Source of the DNA: a virus
Virus record (IMG/VR): IMGVR_UViG_3300044712_002690
Coordinates: 32,001 to 96,000 of that record
DNA length: 64,000 nucleotides
Strand: one strand, 5' to 3'
Part shown: positions 47,160 through 56,208 of the stretch, piece by piece
Position numbering within the stretch: the first letter of the stretch is position 1
Layout of the letters: each line of letters begins with the position of its first letter
The notes under the pieces: generated by a model
The model's input: only the letters and a program-made list of their open reading frames with translations
Databases searched by the model: none
Told to the model about the DNA's origin: nothing
Program-made: the position numbers and the translations under genes

Positions 47160-47825
47160 ATGGGAAGATCTGAAAATTGTGTAGTGCTACTATCTGGAGG
47201 ATTAGATTCCACAGTAATGTTGTATTGGGTTAAAGAGAGATATGATAAAGTGTATCCTCTTTATGTTAATTATGGTTCAAGTCATAGGGAAAAAGAATAT
47301 GCTGCTGCATTGAAAACATGCGAAGAATTTAATCTTACTCTTGAGACTGTAAAACTCGAAGGTAATATTCTCAGTGGTTCATCTCTTGTTGACAGTGCTG
47401 TTTCTACTCCTAGTGATTTGAAAGATACAATTAACACAGTTGTTCCATTTAGAAATATTATTATGCTTAGTCTTGCTGCTAGTTATGCTGACAAAGTAAA
47501 TGCCGGTGTTATAGCTACTTCACCAACTAAAGAGGATTTTGAAGTTTTCCGTGATTGTAGAAGAATTTTCCACGATCAATTGGAAGTTGTGCTGAGAACA
47601 GCAGCAAAATTTGATCAACCTTATCAAATTCTTACTCCCTTTATTAATAACACAAAGGATGAAGTTATTGCTATTGGAGTTGGTTTAGATGTAGATTTTT
47701 CTAAGACTTGGACATGTTATTCACCAAAGAATGACAAACCTTGTGGTGTATGCCCTTCATGTCAAGTAAGAGAAAAAGGGTTTAAACTTGCTGGCATTCC
47801 AGATCCACTTATTACGGAGAAATAA
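47160..47825 (+). CDS. queC: 7-cyano-7-deazaguanine synthase
   Basis: LLSGGLDS, VPFRN, DCR, TWTCY...CGVCPSC. Confidence 0.95.
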   Translation: MGRSENCVVLLSGGLDSTVMLYWVKERYDKVYPLYVNYGSSHREKEYAAALKTCEEFNLTLETVKLEGNILSGSSLVDSAVSTPSDLKDTINTVVPFRNIIMLSLAASYADKVNAGVIATSPTKEDFEVFRDCRRIFHDQLEVVLRTAAKFDQPYQILTPFINNTKDEVIAIGVGLDVDFSKTWTCYSPKNDKPCGVCPSCQVREKGFKLAGIPDPLITEK

Positions 47826-47826
47826 C

Positions 47827-48450
47827 ATGCATATTCATTTTCATGACGAACAAGAAGAAATTAGATATAATGGGGACCAACTTAAAAGTTTGTTTCCTTA
47901 TTCTATTTCAAAAGTAAAAGGTGATTGTCTTGTAGCCTTTTTTGGTCAAATGGATGTAAGAACAGATCATATGGTTGATATGGAAGATGTACTTCAATCT
48001 GACTATATTTGGTCTCCACTTGCATTTAATATGGTTGTAGAGATTTTCCATATTGGAATTGAGTCTGCAGTTCTTTATCAACGATCACTAATGCAAATAG
48101 CTACTGAAACGTTGAGAGACTTTTTGGTTTATCATAATATTGCTTCTGCTGATATTAAGCTAGAAGGCGATGACATTATGGTTAAATTTCTAGGACCTAA
48201 AGAAGATGATAAGTATGGAGTATGGAAAAAACTTTCTGTTTCAATTGCTACAGTAAGTCATATTTCAGGTCTTATCCATTCTGCTCTTAATGTTGATGTA
48301 GATGATAAAATTCCTGTTCCTGCAACTGGACTTCGTGATATTCTTATTGAAAGTAGTATAATTGTAGAATACTGCAAAGAAGTTTGCAACAGGTTTAAAG
48401 ATTTTGTTCATTCAGTTAAATTGGCTTCAGTTAAAGTAAAAGGTGTTTAA
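47827..48450 (+). CDS. DUF366 family protein (biotin/lipoate-ligase-like fold)
   Basis: YNGDQL...GDCLVAFFGQMDV...MVDMED...QR...GDDI...KLSVSIAT.S..S.LIH...N...PV...GL.D matches my recollection of the DUF366 consensus. Likely start MHIHF. Confidence 0.8.
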   Translation: MHIHFHDEQEEIRYNGDQLKSLFPYSISKVKGDCLVAFFGQMDVRTDHMVDMEDVLQSDYIWSPLAFNMVVEIFHIGIESAVLYQRSLMQIATETLRDFLVYHNIASADIKLEGDDIMVKFLGPKEDDKYGVWKKLSVSIATVSHISGLIHSALNVDVDDKIPVPATGLRDILIESSIIVEYCKEVCNRFKDFVHSVKLASVKVKGV

Positions 48451-49069
48451 TATGGCAGAATTAAAAGATTTACTTGACGTTCCTGCATTCAATGATAAAA
48501 TGGTTAAGGGAGCTTCTCTTTTGTTAGAAGGACTTATGGAAACCACTGGTTCTTCCATTGACATTACATCAGACGAAAATTTTAAAAAGACTCCTTATCG
48601 AATTGCAAAATCTTATCTTGAAATGTGTCAAGGTCTATCTCAGTTATCAGAAGTTAAAGATATACTAGCTACTAATTTTCCTAGTGATTATCATGGAATG
48701 ATTGTTATTGATTCAATTGATGCATTTTCGATGTGCCCGCATCATTTTTTACCAGTACAATATAAGATAGATTTTGGATATATTCCTCATAATAAGATGT
48801 TGGGTCTTTCAAAGATACCTAGATTTATTAAGTTACTTTCAAAAAGACCTGCGTTGCAAGAGGATTTGACTAAAGAAATTATTACTTACTTTGTAGATTA
48901 TGTGCAACCTGAAGGAGCAATAGTAACTCTTAGGGGTGTTCATAATTGTATGGTGTGTAGGGGAGTTGGAGCAGTTAACTCAGGTGCAATTACTAGTGAG
49001 ATTTTCGGTAGTTTTGAGAAAATTGAAACTAGATCAGAATTTTTGCAGTTGATTCAGCATAAGAGATAA
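48443..49069 (+). CDS. folE: GTP cyclohydrolase I
   Basis: TPYRIAK, SMCPHHFLP, GLSKIPR, LQEDLT, HNCMVCRG. Confidence 0.95.
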   Translation: MFNMAELKDLLDVPAFNDKMVKGASLLLEGLMETTGSSIDITSDENFKKTPYRIAKSYLEMCQGLSQLSEVKDILATNFPSDYHGMIVIDSIDAFSMCPHHFLPVQYKIDFGYIPHNKMLGLSKIPRFIKLLSKRPALQEDLTKEIITYFVDYVQPEGAIVTLRGVHNCMVCRGVGAVNSGAITSEIFGSFEKIETRSEFLQLIQHKR

Positions 49070-49071
49070 TT

Positions 49072-49302
49072 GTGTTCAAGAAAAAATCTAAGCTTAAAAA
49101 ATCCTGTGAGATTCCGGAGGGGGAATTACTGCCAATTTCCCCTCATAGAGTATTAGATATTTTTAAAGACCCAAAAATTGCAACAAGTTATGAAATTCAA
49201 GTATTATCTAAAACATATCTTGAATTGTTTTCAATGATTGTAGAAAGTATTGAAGAAGAAGTCATAGAAGCTGTAGGTTCTGGTGATATTCCTCTTCATT
49301 AA
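49072..49302 (+). CDS. Hypothetical protein
   Basis: 76 aa within the que operon. Confidence 0.5.
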   Translation: MFKKKSKLKKSCEIPEGELLPISPHRVLDIFKDPKIATSYEIQVLSKTYLELFSMIVESIEEEVIEAVGSGDIPLH

Positions 49303-49314
49303 AGGAAGTATAAT

Positions 49315-50463
49315 ATGAAAATTCAATGTGATCCTATTCTTTATGGATTAGCAGTAAAGAAAATACGTAAAGCTAATCATAAATGTGAACTCACAGGAAA
49401 AGAGATTTCTTTAGAAACTTGTTATGTTAATAGTAAATATGATTCAGCTGAAATTCTTGATTACATTAAACAGGATATGGAAGCCTTTTATTGGATTTTT
49501 GATAGAATGTGGGAGGATTGGCTAGGTGTTTTTTCATTAGATACAGCACATTTATTTAAATCACATCCTCTAGATGATTATGCAAAAAAAATTATTGATA
49601 AAGTACTTGTTAATATGAAAACTCCTTTAGGAGCAAGAACAGAGTACATTAATCAATACGATCCTACATTACTTTTACCTGTTTTAAGAGAACCTACTCG
49701 TGAATCTATCGGGTATGAATTAGATCATATTCCTTTTAGAGGAATTGATGTGTGGAATGGTTATGAATTATCCTATTTAGACAAAACTGGAAAACCTGAG
49801 ACTAAAATGATCAGGTTAGCTTATGATTCTGACAGTGATTCTATCATTGAATCTAAATCTTTAAAACTATATTTTAATTCTTTTAATAATACTGTAGTGG
49901 AAGATCTCAATAGAGGATCAATTATAGATATTATAAAAGAAGATTTGACAAATACGATTAAATGCAACACAATTGCAGCAGAATTTGTTCAAAATAGTGT
50001 ATTTGCTTCTGATTCTAAATATACTTGTATAGATGATCTTACATGTGACAGTTATGGATATGAGTATAATCCTGATATTTTATCATTAAAACCCACAGAA
50101 GATAGAAAACCGATTTATATTTATTCAAATATGCTAAAATCTAATTGTAGACACAGTGGTTTGCCAGATTGGGGTACTGCTTATATTTCTTATCTACCCA
50201 CAACTGCTGTATTAGATAACAAATCACTATTACAGTATTTAATTTCATTTAGAAATCATAAAGAATTTCATGAAGAGTGCTGTGAACGCATCCTCCATGA
50301 TTTAATGTTTAAATTATCTCCAGATTGGCTTCGTGTTGAACTTCGTTATACTCGTAGGGGAGGACTTGACATCAATCCGATCCGTGTATATGATAGAGTA
50401 AATACTTATTCTTATGATTTTTATTCAGAATATTCTTCTTATAAAAGAGAAATGAGACAATAA
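49315..50463 (+). CDS. queF: Bimodular NADPH-dependent preQ0 reductase with ~100-aa N-terminal extension
   Basis: YDPTLL, DVWNGYELSYL, QueF motif ESKSLKLYF, catalytic KSNC...PDWG, EFHEEC, YTRRGGLDINP. Confidence 0.93.
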   Translation: MKIQCDPILYGLAVKKIRKANHKCELTGKEISLETCYVNSKYDSAEILDYIKQDMEAFYWIFDRMWEDWLGVFSLDTAHLFKSHPLDDYAKKIIDKVLVNMKTPLGARTEYINQYDPTLLLPVLREPTRESIGYELDHIPFRGIDVWNGYELSYLDKTGKPETKMIRLAYDSDSDSIIESKSLKLYFNSFNNTVVEDLNRGSIIDIIKEDLTNTIKCNTIAAEFVQNSVFASDSKYTCIDDLTCDSYGYEYNPDILSLKPTEDRKPIYIYSNMLKSNCRHSGLPDWGTAYISYLPTTAVLDNKSLLQYLISFRNHKEFHEECCERILHDLMFKLSPDWLRVELRYTRRGGLDINPIRVYDRVNTYSYDFYSEYSSYKREMRQ

Positions 50464-50522
50464 GTAGAAAATACAGTTGTCTTGATATTTTATAGTATAA
50501 TTAATAGCCGTAGGAGTAAAAC

Positions 50523-51548
50523 TTGAGACTTGTAGCAAGCGCATTTATTCGATACTACCACATTTGTAAGTATCTAGGTGTAAAAAATCTACTTGCTTCA
50601 AAACACTATCCTGAACAAGTACAAAAAGCTATTGACTATGCTATAGGAACAGATAATATAAACCCTCTTACTAAAGGAAAAGATCAAGGTGTTGAAGATA
50701 CTACTTTAATTGTAGACTCTGGAGCATTTTCTGTTTGGAATGCTGGAGGTGAACTTCATCTTGATGATTATTTAGTATTTTTAAGAGATTTTGATAAAAA
50801 GCATCGTTCTAAGTTTAAAGAAGTATGGTATGTTAACTTAGACGTTATTCCTGGTAAGCAAGGTGAATCTCCAACACCTGATCAAATTGCAAAAGCATGC
50901 GAAGACGGTTATAAAAATTATGAAATAATGAGGAATGAATTTGACAATGTAATTCATGTTTATCACGAAGGTGATGATCCTGATTATCTTAGAAAAATGA
51001 TTAATGAAGGAGCTAAATATATTGGTATATCTCCTTCTAATGATGTTATGACTGGACCAAGACAAGTATGGCTGGATCAAGCATTCCATAAATTAAAAGA
51101 ACATCCTCATATTAGAACGCATGGTTTTGCTGTCACTTCATTTGAGCTAATGAAAACATTTGATTGGTTTAGTGTTGACTCAACAAGCTGGTTTATGATT
51201 GGAATGTACGGTAAATTATGTATTCCTCTTGATAGACAAGGTCATTTATTTTTAGGTGAAGGCGATCTCGTACATAAAAAAGAAGTTAGTATTTCTGAAA
51301 GAAAAAAGAAAAGCGCTGACGGATATCTTACTTTAAGAAATTCAACTAGACCAGGTGATAGAGCATTTATTACTGAAGTAGTAGATAAGTATATTGATCA
51401 TCTTTGTAAAATACATCCTATTACACCTGAAAAATTATTTGATGAGAGAAATGAAGCACGCGTATTAGCTAATCTTGCAATGTTTTTACAATTTGAAAAA
51501 CAAGGAAGAATAGCACCTAAACTTGAACCTTTATTTGACGATCTATAG
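50523..51548 (+). CDS. dpdA: DNA-guanine transglycosylase (TGT-like)
   Basis: VDSGAFS, NLDVIP, HVYHEG, HGFA, SVDSTSW; next to preQ biosynthesis genes. Confidence 0.85.
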   Translation: MRLVASAFIRYYHICKYLGVKNLLASKHYPEQVQKAIDYAIGTDNINPLTKGKDQGVEDTTLIVDSGAFSVWNAGGELHLDDYLVFLRDFDKKHRSKFKEVWYVNLDVIPGKQGESPTPDQIAKACEDGYKNYEIMRNEFDNVIHVYHEGDDPDYLRKMINEGAKYIGISPSNDVMTGPRQVWLDQAFHKLKEHPHIRTHGFAVTSFELMKTFDWFSVDSTSWFMIGMYGKLCIPLDRQGHLFLGEGDLVHKKEVSISERKKKSADGYLTLRNSTRPGDRAFITEVVDKYIDHLCKIHPITPEKLFDERNEARVLANLAMFLQFEKQGRIAPKLEPLFDDL

Positions 51549-51555
51549 GAGGGAT

Positions 51556-51867
51556 ATGGAAACGCTTGGGAAGCCTCAAATTGACCCAGAAGTCATTAAG
51601 AATCTGGTTTTTTATTTTATGTGGTCTATTCATTTGATTAGTAAAGGATGTCCAGAAAGTGTAGCAACTACTACTCTTAACAGTTATATTGATGATTTAA
51701 AAACACATGTTAGGGGTTTTACGCATCCAGAACATTTAGCAAATCATTTGCAAGAAGCATATTCTAGGATTCCATCTTCTTTCCTTGAAGCTCATGAAAT
51801 ACCTAGTCATTTAGGTGATGGAATTAGAACGATTGATGTTAATTATTCCTGGGTTAAAAAATTATAG
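51556..51867 (+). CDS. Hypothetical protein
   Basis: Likely start METLGK after AGGAGG. Confidence 0.55.
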   Translation: METLGKPQIDPEVIKNLVFYFMWSIHLISKGCPESVATTTLNSYIDDLKTHVRGFTHPEHLANHLQEAYSRIPSSFLEAHEIPSHLGDGIRTIDVNYSWVKKL

Positions 51868-51875
51868 GAGGCCTC

Positions 51876-53291
51876 ATGGCTGAGAAAGAAAAAGTTAGTG
51901 AAAAGGAAGAGACAAAAAGAGCTCCAATAGATAAAGAACTTCCTGCTATTGTTAATGAGATTAATAAACAGTTTAAAACTACTAAGATTACCACTCTTAG
52001 TAAAGCTAAATCTTTTGCGGTTAAAAGATATTTTAGTGGATCATTTGGTATAGATTATCTTACTGGTGGCGGCTATGCCTATAAACGGATTCTTCTACTC
52101 TATGGCCATAAAAGTAGTGGAAAGAATAGCCAACTCTATCAGATGATGGCATATAATCAAAGATTGTGCCGTAACTGTCATGGCATTCTACCTGAATATT
52201 ATGAAAGTGAATCACAAGATCGTTGGACACGAATTCTTTCACAATTTATTGGTGTTCATGAATGTGTTTGTAAGCAACCAGCAGCAAAAATCTTTTTGCT
52301 TTTAGATTATGAGAAATCTCTTGGTGTAGAAGACCCTAAACCAACTATTGTAAGGATGTTGACTGATAAAAAGACTAATGGTCCAGTAGATGAAAACATA
52401 TATAATCATCAAATAGATATTTTAGCAGATTTGAAAAGTAAAGATAAATTAACAGACCCACAAAAAGAAATTCTAGAAAAAACAGAAGCTTGGTTGAGTG
52501 GTGTAAAAGTAGAAGAGCAAGAAATTGAAAAAATTCCTGAAACAGATTACATGACTGCTTGTGGAATTAATATTGACAAACTTTTAGTAGCAGAACCAAA
52601 GTATATGGATGAGGGTATCGAGATTGTCAAGACAATTATCAAATCTCGTGAAGTTGATGGAATTATTTGGGATTCCATACAAGCAGCTATTCCTAAATAT
52701 GTTGAAGCAAGGGATGCTGACCAAGCAACCATGGGTGTTGAAGCTAAAATGACTGGCCTTCTTATGAGACAAGTTGTTTCTGCTTTTTCAGCAGATGATT
52801 TACTTGACCCAACAGAAGCCTATAAACCTACATTATTTATAACATCGCAAGTACGGAGTGATTTAGGAGTAATGTATGCTAAACCAGATTCATATAGTGG
52901 TGGAAATGCTTTAGCTCACCATATTTCGTTAGCACTTGAAGTGAAACGTGATCAATTCCTAGATCAGAATGGTAAAGAAGCACCTTGGGGAGCTATTTAC
53001 CATGGACAACGTACTAGAATTCGTGTAGAGAAAAGTAAACTTGGTTCTCCGGGTGAAATGTTCACTTACGATTACTATTTTAGAGCTTGTCCTAATTTTG
53101 CTGTAGGAAGTATCGACCATGTTGGTGAAATTGTCAATCTTGGTCTTTTAATGGGCCTTGTAAAACAAAGAGGTGCTTGGTGCGATTGTGGAGGACAGAG
53201 TTTCAATGGTAGAAATGCACTCAGAGAAGCATTAGCAATGGACCCTGCTCTTACAATGCAACTTTATTCTGATATAGCGAAGAGAATATGA
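51876..53291 (+). CDS. recA: RecA/UvsX recombinase with insertions
   Basis: SGSFGIDYLTGGG, GHKSSGKN, IIWDSI, FITSQVR, GGNAL.H, RVEKSK, GAW. Confidence 0.9.
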   Translation: MAEKEKVSEKEETKRAPIDKELPAIVNEINKQFKTTKITTLSKAKSFAVKRYFSGSFGIDYLTGGGYAYKRILLLYGHKSSGKNSQLYQMMAYNQRLCRNCHGILPEYYESESQDRWTRILSQFIGVHECVCKQPAAKIFLLLDYEKSLGVEDPKPTIVRMLTDKKTNGPVDENIYNHQIDILADLKSKDKLTDPQKEILEKTEAWLSGVKVEEQEIEKIPETDYMTACGINIDKLLVAEPKYMDEGIEIVKTIIKSREVDGIIWDSIQAAIPKYVEARDADQATMGVEAKMTGLLMRQVVSAFSADDLLDPTEAYKPTLFITSQVRSDLGVMYAKPDSYSGGNALAHHISLALEVKRDQFLDQNGKEAPWGAIYHGQRTRIRVEKSKLGSPGEMFTYDYYFRACPNFAVGSIDHVGEIVNLGLLMGLVKQRGAWCDCGGQSFNGRNALREALAMDPALTMQLYSDIAKRI

Positions 53292-53779
53292 CAAACTATA
53301 AAAAGATCTCTAAAAAAAGAGAGATCGAAATAGGCAAGCAGATAGGAGGAAGGCCGCACCCTGGTTCAGGGTGTTTTTGGCATAAAAAGGGTGATGCTAG
53401 TAATGAATACTTGTTAATTGAAGATAAATTTGTTATTTCAAATAAGTATTCCATACAGATGAGCATTATAAAAAAGTTAACTAAAGAAGCTAATCAGCAA
53501 GACAAACTTCCTATACTTAGATTTGGTTTTCATAAAGAAGGATCAAAAAAAGATTATGCTTGTGTAGAATCTTGCTACTGTAATGATATGATATCTTTTG
53601 CAGGACATGAAACCAATAAAAAAAGCTTAACACTTACTAATGAATATTTATATGAATGCTATACAACATGCGAAAATGAGATCATGTGTCTAACTGTTTC
53701 ATTCTTAATAGAAGATAGAAAATTTTATGTTTTTGAATGGAATGAATTTTTAGATAATATTGACAAAATTTTACCTTGA
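53288..53779 (+). CDS. PD-(D/E)XK Holliday-junction-resolvase-like nuclease
   Basis: REIEIGKQIGGRPHPGSG..W..KGD...LIEDK. Confidence 0.7.
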   Translation: MTNYKKISKKREIEIGKQIGGRPHPGSGCFWHKKGDASNEYLLIEDKFVISNKYSIQMSIIKKLTKEANQQDKLPILRFGFHKEGSKKDYACVESCYCNDMISFAGHETNKKSLTLTNEYLYECYTTCENEIMCLTVSFLIEDRKFYVFEWNEFLDNIDKILP

Positions 53780-53788
53780 GGATACTTC

Positions 53789-54508
53789 ATGAAGTGCCCA
53801 TATGATATTTGTAATGGTACTGGTTTTATTCCTGTTGTTTTGGATAATGGTGAAGAGGAAGTAAAACCATGTAAATGTAGACTTGAAAAATCAGGCAGAG
53901 ACTCATTAAAGAAAAAAAGGATTGATAGTCATATACCAGTAAAATACTGGGACTATACACTAGAGAATTATAAAAAAATAAGTAATCTCTTACCTTTAGA
54001 TATTCGTGAATTTAATAAAGATAAGATTGCAGTAATAGAACAATATATTACTGATCCACAACTATTTTTAGAAGGCTCTCAAGTGCTTTGGTTATGGGGC
54101 AAAGATGATAATTCTTGCCATACTACTTTAGCAATTATTCTAGCGGAAGAGTTGTTAAAGAAAGGTAAGAAAGTCCTATTTATTGAGTTTTATAAGCTTC
54201 TTGAGATGTTCACTAACTTTGATGAGAAGAATGTATTCTTTAAAGAATTAAAAGATCAACATGTTTATGTAATTGATGATGCTTTTGACACTACTAGATG
54301 TACTACTAGTGCTTATAAGCAAAATCAATTGTTTGGTTTTATTAATGATGTATTAAATGATAATAAGCATATTATTTGTACATCTAATTGTAAAGTAGGT
54401 GAAATAGATACCTCATTATTTGGACAGCTTAAAATTATATTAAGTAGGTCTGTTGAACAGTTAGAAATTAGAGGTACATTAACTAATATACTTAGACAGA
54501 TTAAATAA
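53789..54508 (+). CDS. DnaC/IstB-like helicase loader with degenerate Walker A
   Basis: N-terminal CPYDIC..TG...CKC; LWLWGKDDNSCHTT; VIDDAF; ICTSN; upstream of dnaB. Confidence 0.7.
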   Translation: MKCPYDICNGTGFIPVVLDNGEEEVKPCKCRLEKSGRDSLKKKRIDSHIPVKYWDYTLENYKKISNLLPLDIREFNKDKIAVIEQYITDPQLFLEGSQVLWLWGKDDNSCHTTLAIILAEELLKKGKKVLFIEFYKLLEMFTNFDEKNVFFKELKDQHVYVIDDAFDTTRCTTSAYKQNQLFGFINDVLNDNKHIICTSNCKVGEIDTSLFGQLKIILSRSVEQLEIRGTLTNILRQIK

Positions 54509-54516
54509 GGTGATTT

Positions 54517-54738
54517 ATGTCAAAGATCTGCTCATTTCGATGTTTAGATGTAGAATTTGATGTATTTGATACAGAAAGGGTACCTCTTACAAAAGGAGAT
54601 TACCCTTATTTTATTACACCCTCTAGATTTGCTAAAATAGAGATGTGGCGTCATGAGAATGGATCTGTGCAAATAAACAGTAAAGAGCAGTTAGATTTTC
54701 TTATTGAAAATGATTATATTGGGACATATAAAAAATGA
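54517..54738 (+). CDS. Hypothetical protein
   Basis: 73 aa; AAGG RBS. Confidence 0.5.
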   Translation: MSKICSFRCLDVEFDVFDTERVPLTKGDYPYFITPSRFAKIEMWRHENGSVQINSKEQLDFLIENDYIGTYKK

Positions 54739-56207
54739 CAGTACAAGAAAAAAAGTTAGTATTGGAAGATCTTCCTGTAGATATCGATAATGAAGCTTTG
54801 ATATTAGCTAATGCAATCAAAGATGAAAAAAATCGAGAAATACTAGTAAATAGGGTAGATTTTAATGATTTTCGTATAAAAGAAAATCAAGGTATTGCAT
54901 TTGCTATAAAACAAATACATGAAAAAAGATTGGAGATGAATCCAGATACTCTTGTACTTATGGTTAAATCATCTCCGGTTAGATACGGTATCGACTTTGA
55001 ATACGTTCAAAAAATGGAAGAGTATGATGTTGTACCTGAAGCAAACCTAGAACAACATATACAAAAATTACAACTTGATAAACTTAAAAATGATTTAGCA
55101 AAAGAGTTTTATGAATCTATTTTTGCTTCTTGTCTTAAGCCAGAATCCTCTCTTGCTGAATTACATGAGAGATTAGAAAAAGTAAACAATGTTTTAAAGA
55201 AAGGTTACTCACATAGTCAGTTACAATTTAAAACAATGGAAACCGTTATAGCTGATTATGAAAGATATAGAAAAGAGAAACGAGCTTTTTATACTACAGG
55301 ATTTAGACAACTAGATGAAAAATTAACTGAAGGTCTTAAACCTAAAGGAATTACTATTGTTGCTGGACTCCCAGGTTCTGGTAAGAGTTCGATGACACTT
55401 AGTATGATGAATAATCTTGCAAACCAAGGTATCTATACTGCTCAGTTTGCGCTTGAGATGGACAATAATGCTATTGCATCTAAATTAGCTGGTTATAGAA
55501 CAGGTATTCCTGTTAAGAAAATTGTAAAATATTTTGATACACTGGAAGCTAAAGAAAAGGAATTGCTTGAATATGAATTGCAACGTCTGGCAAGCAATAA
55601 GTATATGTTATTTAATGATACGCCATCACAAACATTAGCTACCATTAGAGAGCAAATTAAAATTCTTCAGGATAGAATGAGACAAGAGTATTTTGTTATT
55701 GTTATTGATCTTTTTGGTAAAATTCGAGAGTTTCAAGAGAGTGAAAACTTTGCTCGAGATTATGAAAAGAAACTTAATGATGTGCAGATTATGGCAAAGG
55801 AGCTTTCTGTTAATATTGTTCCTGTTGCTCAGATACATCGAGAAGTAGTAGGTCGTAAGTTTAATAGACCTAAAATGAGTGACATTAAGAATGCTGGTGC
55901 ATGGGAAGAAGTAGCTGACATTATTTTAGGTGTACATAGACCTTGGTATAATCCTGAAGTGGCTATGGCACATCAAATTGCAATGAACGAATATCAATAT
56001 AATCATGGAGAGGAACCACAAGAGGAAGAGGATAATCCTCTTGAATCTGTTGCTGAGGTTCTTATTCTAAAACAGAGGATGGGTGAAGGTAATCAGATTA
56101 TCAACTTTATGTTTGATAAACATACTACTAGATATATGCCTATTACACAAGAATATCAAGATGATATTAATATGCAGAAAGATGATTTTGATGAAGCAAT
56201 GATGTAA
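54735..56207 (+). CDS. dnaB: DnaB-like replicative helicase
   Basis: AGLPGSGKS, FALEM, VIDLF, VAQIHR, SDIKNAGAWEEVADIIL, ILKQRMG. Confidence 0.92.
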   Translation: MTVQEKKLVLEDLPVDIDNEALILANAIKDEKNREILVNRVDFNDFRIKENQGIAFAIKQIHEKRLEMNPDTLVLMVKSSPVRYGIDFEYVQKMEEYDVVPEANLEQHIQKLQLDKLKNDLAKEFYESIFASCLKPESSLAELHERLEKVNNVLKKGYSHSQLQFKTMETVIADYERYRKEKRAFYTTGFRQLDEKLTEGLKPKGITIVAGLPGSGKSSMTLSMMNNLANQGIYTAQFALEMDNNAIASKLAGYRTGIPVKKIVKYFDTLEAKEKELLEYELQRLASNKYMLFNDTPSQTLATIREQIKILQDRMRQEYFVIVIDLFGKIREFQESENFARDYEKKLNDVQIMAKELSVNIVPVAQIHREVVGRKFNRPKMSDIKNAGAWEEVADIILGVHRPWYNPEVAMAHQIAMNEYQYNHGEEPQEEEDNPLESVAEVLILKQRMGEGNQIINFMFDKHTTRYMPITQEYQDDINMQKDDFDEAMM

Positions 56208-56208
56208 T

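Noticed and set aside
49315-50463. QueF-like (QueF-L) amidinotransferase making archaeosine
   Set aside because: The protein is bimodular with the QueF signature motif and NADPH-reductase layout, so preQ1 rather than G+ is the expected product.
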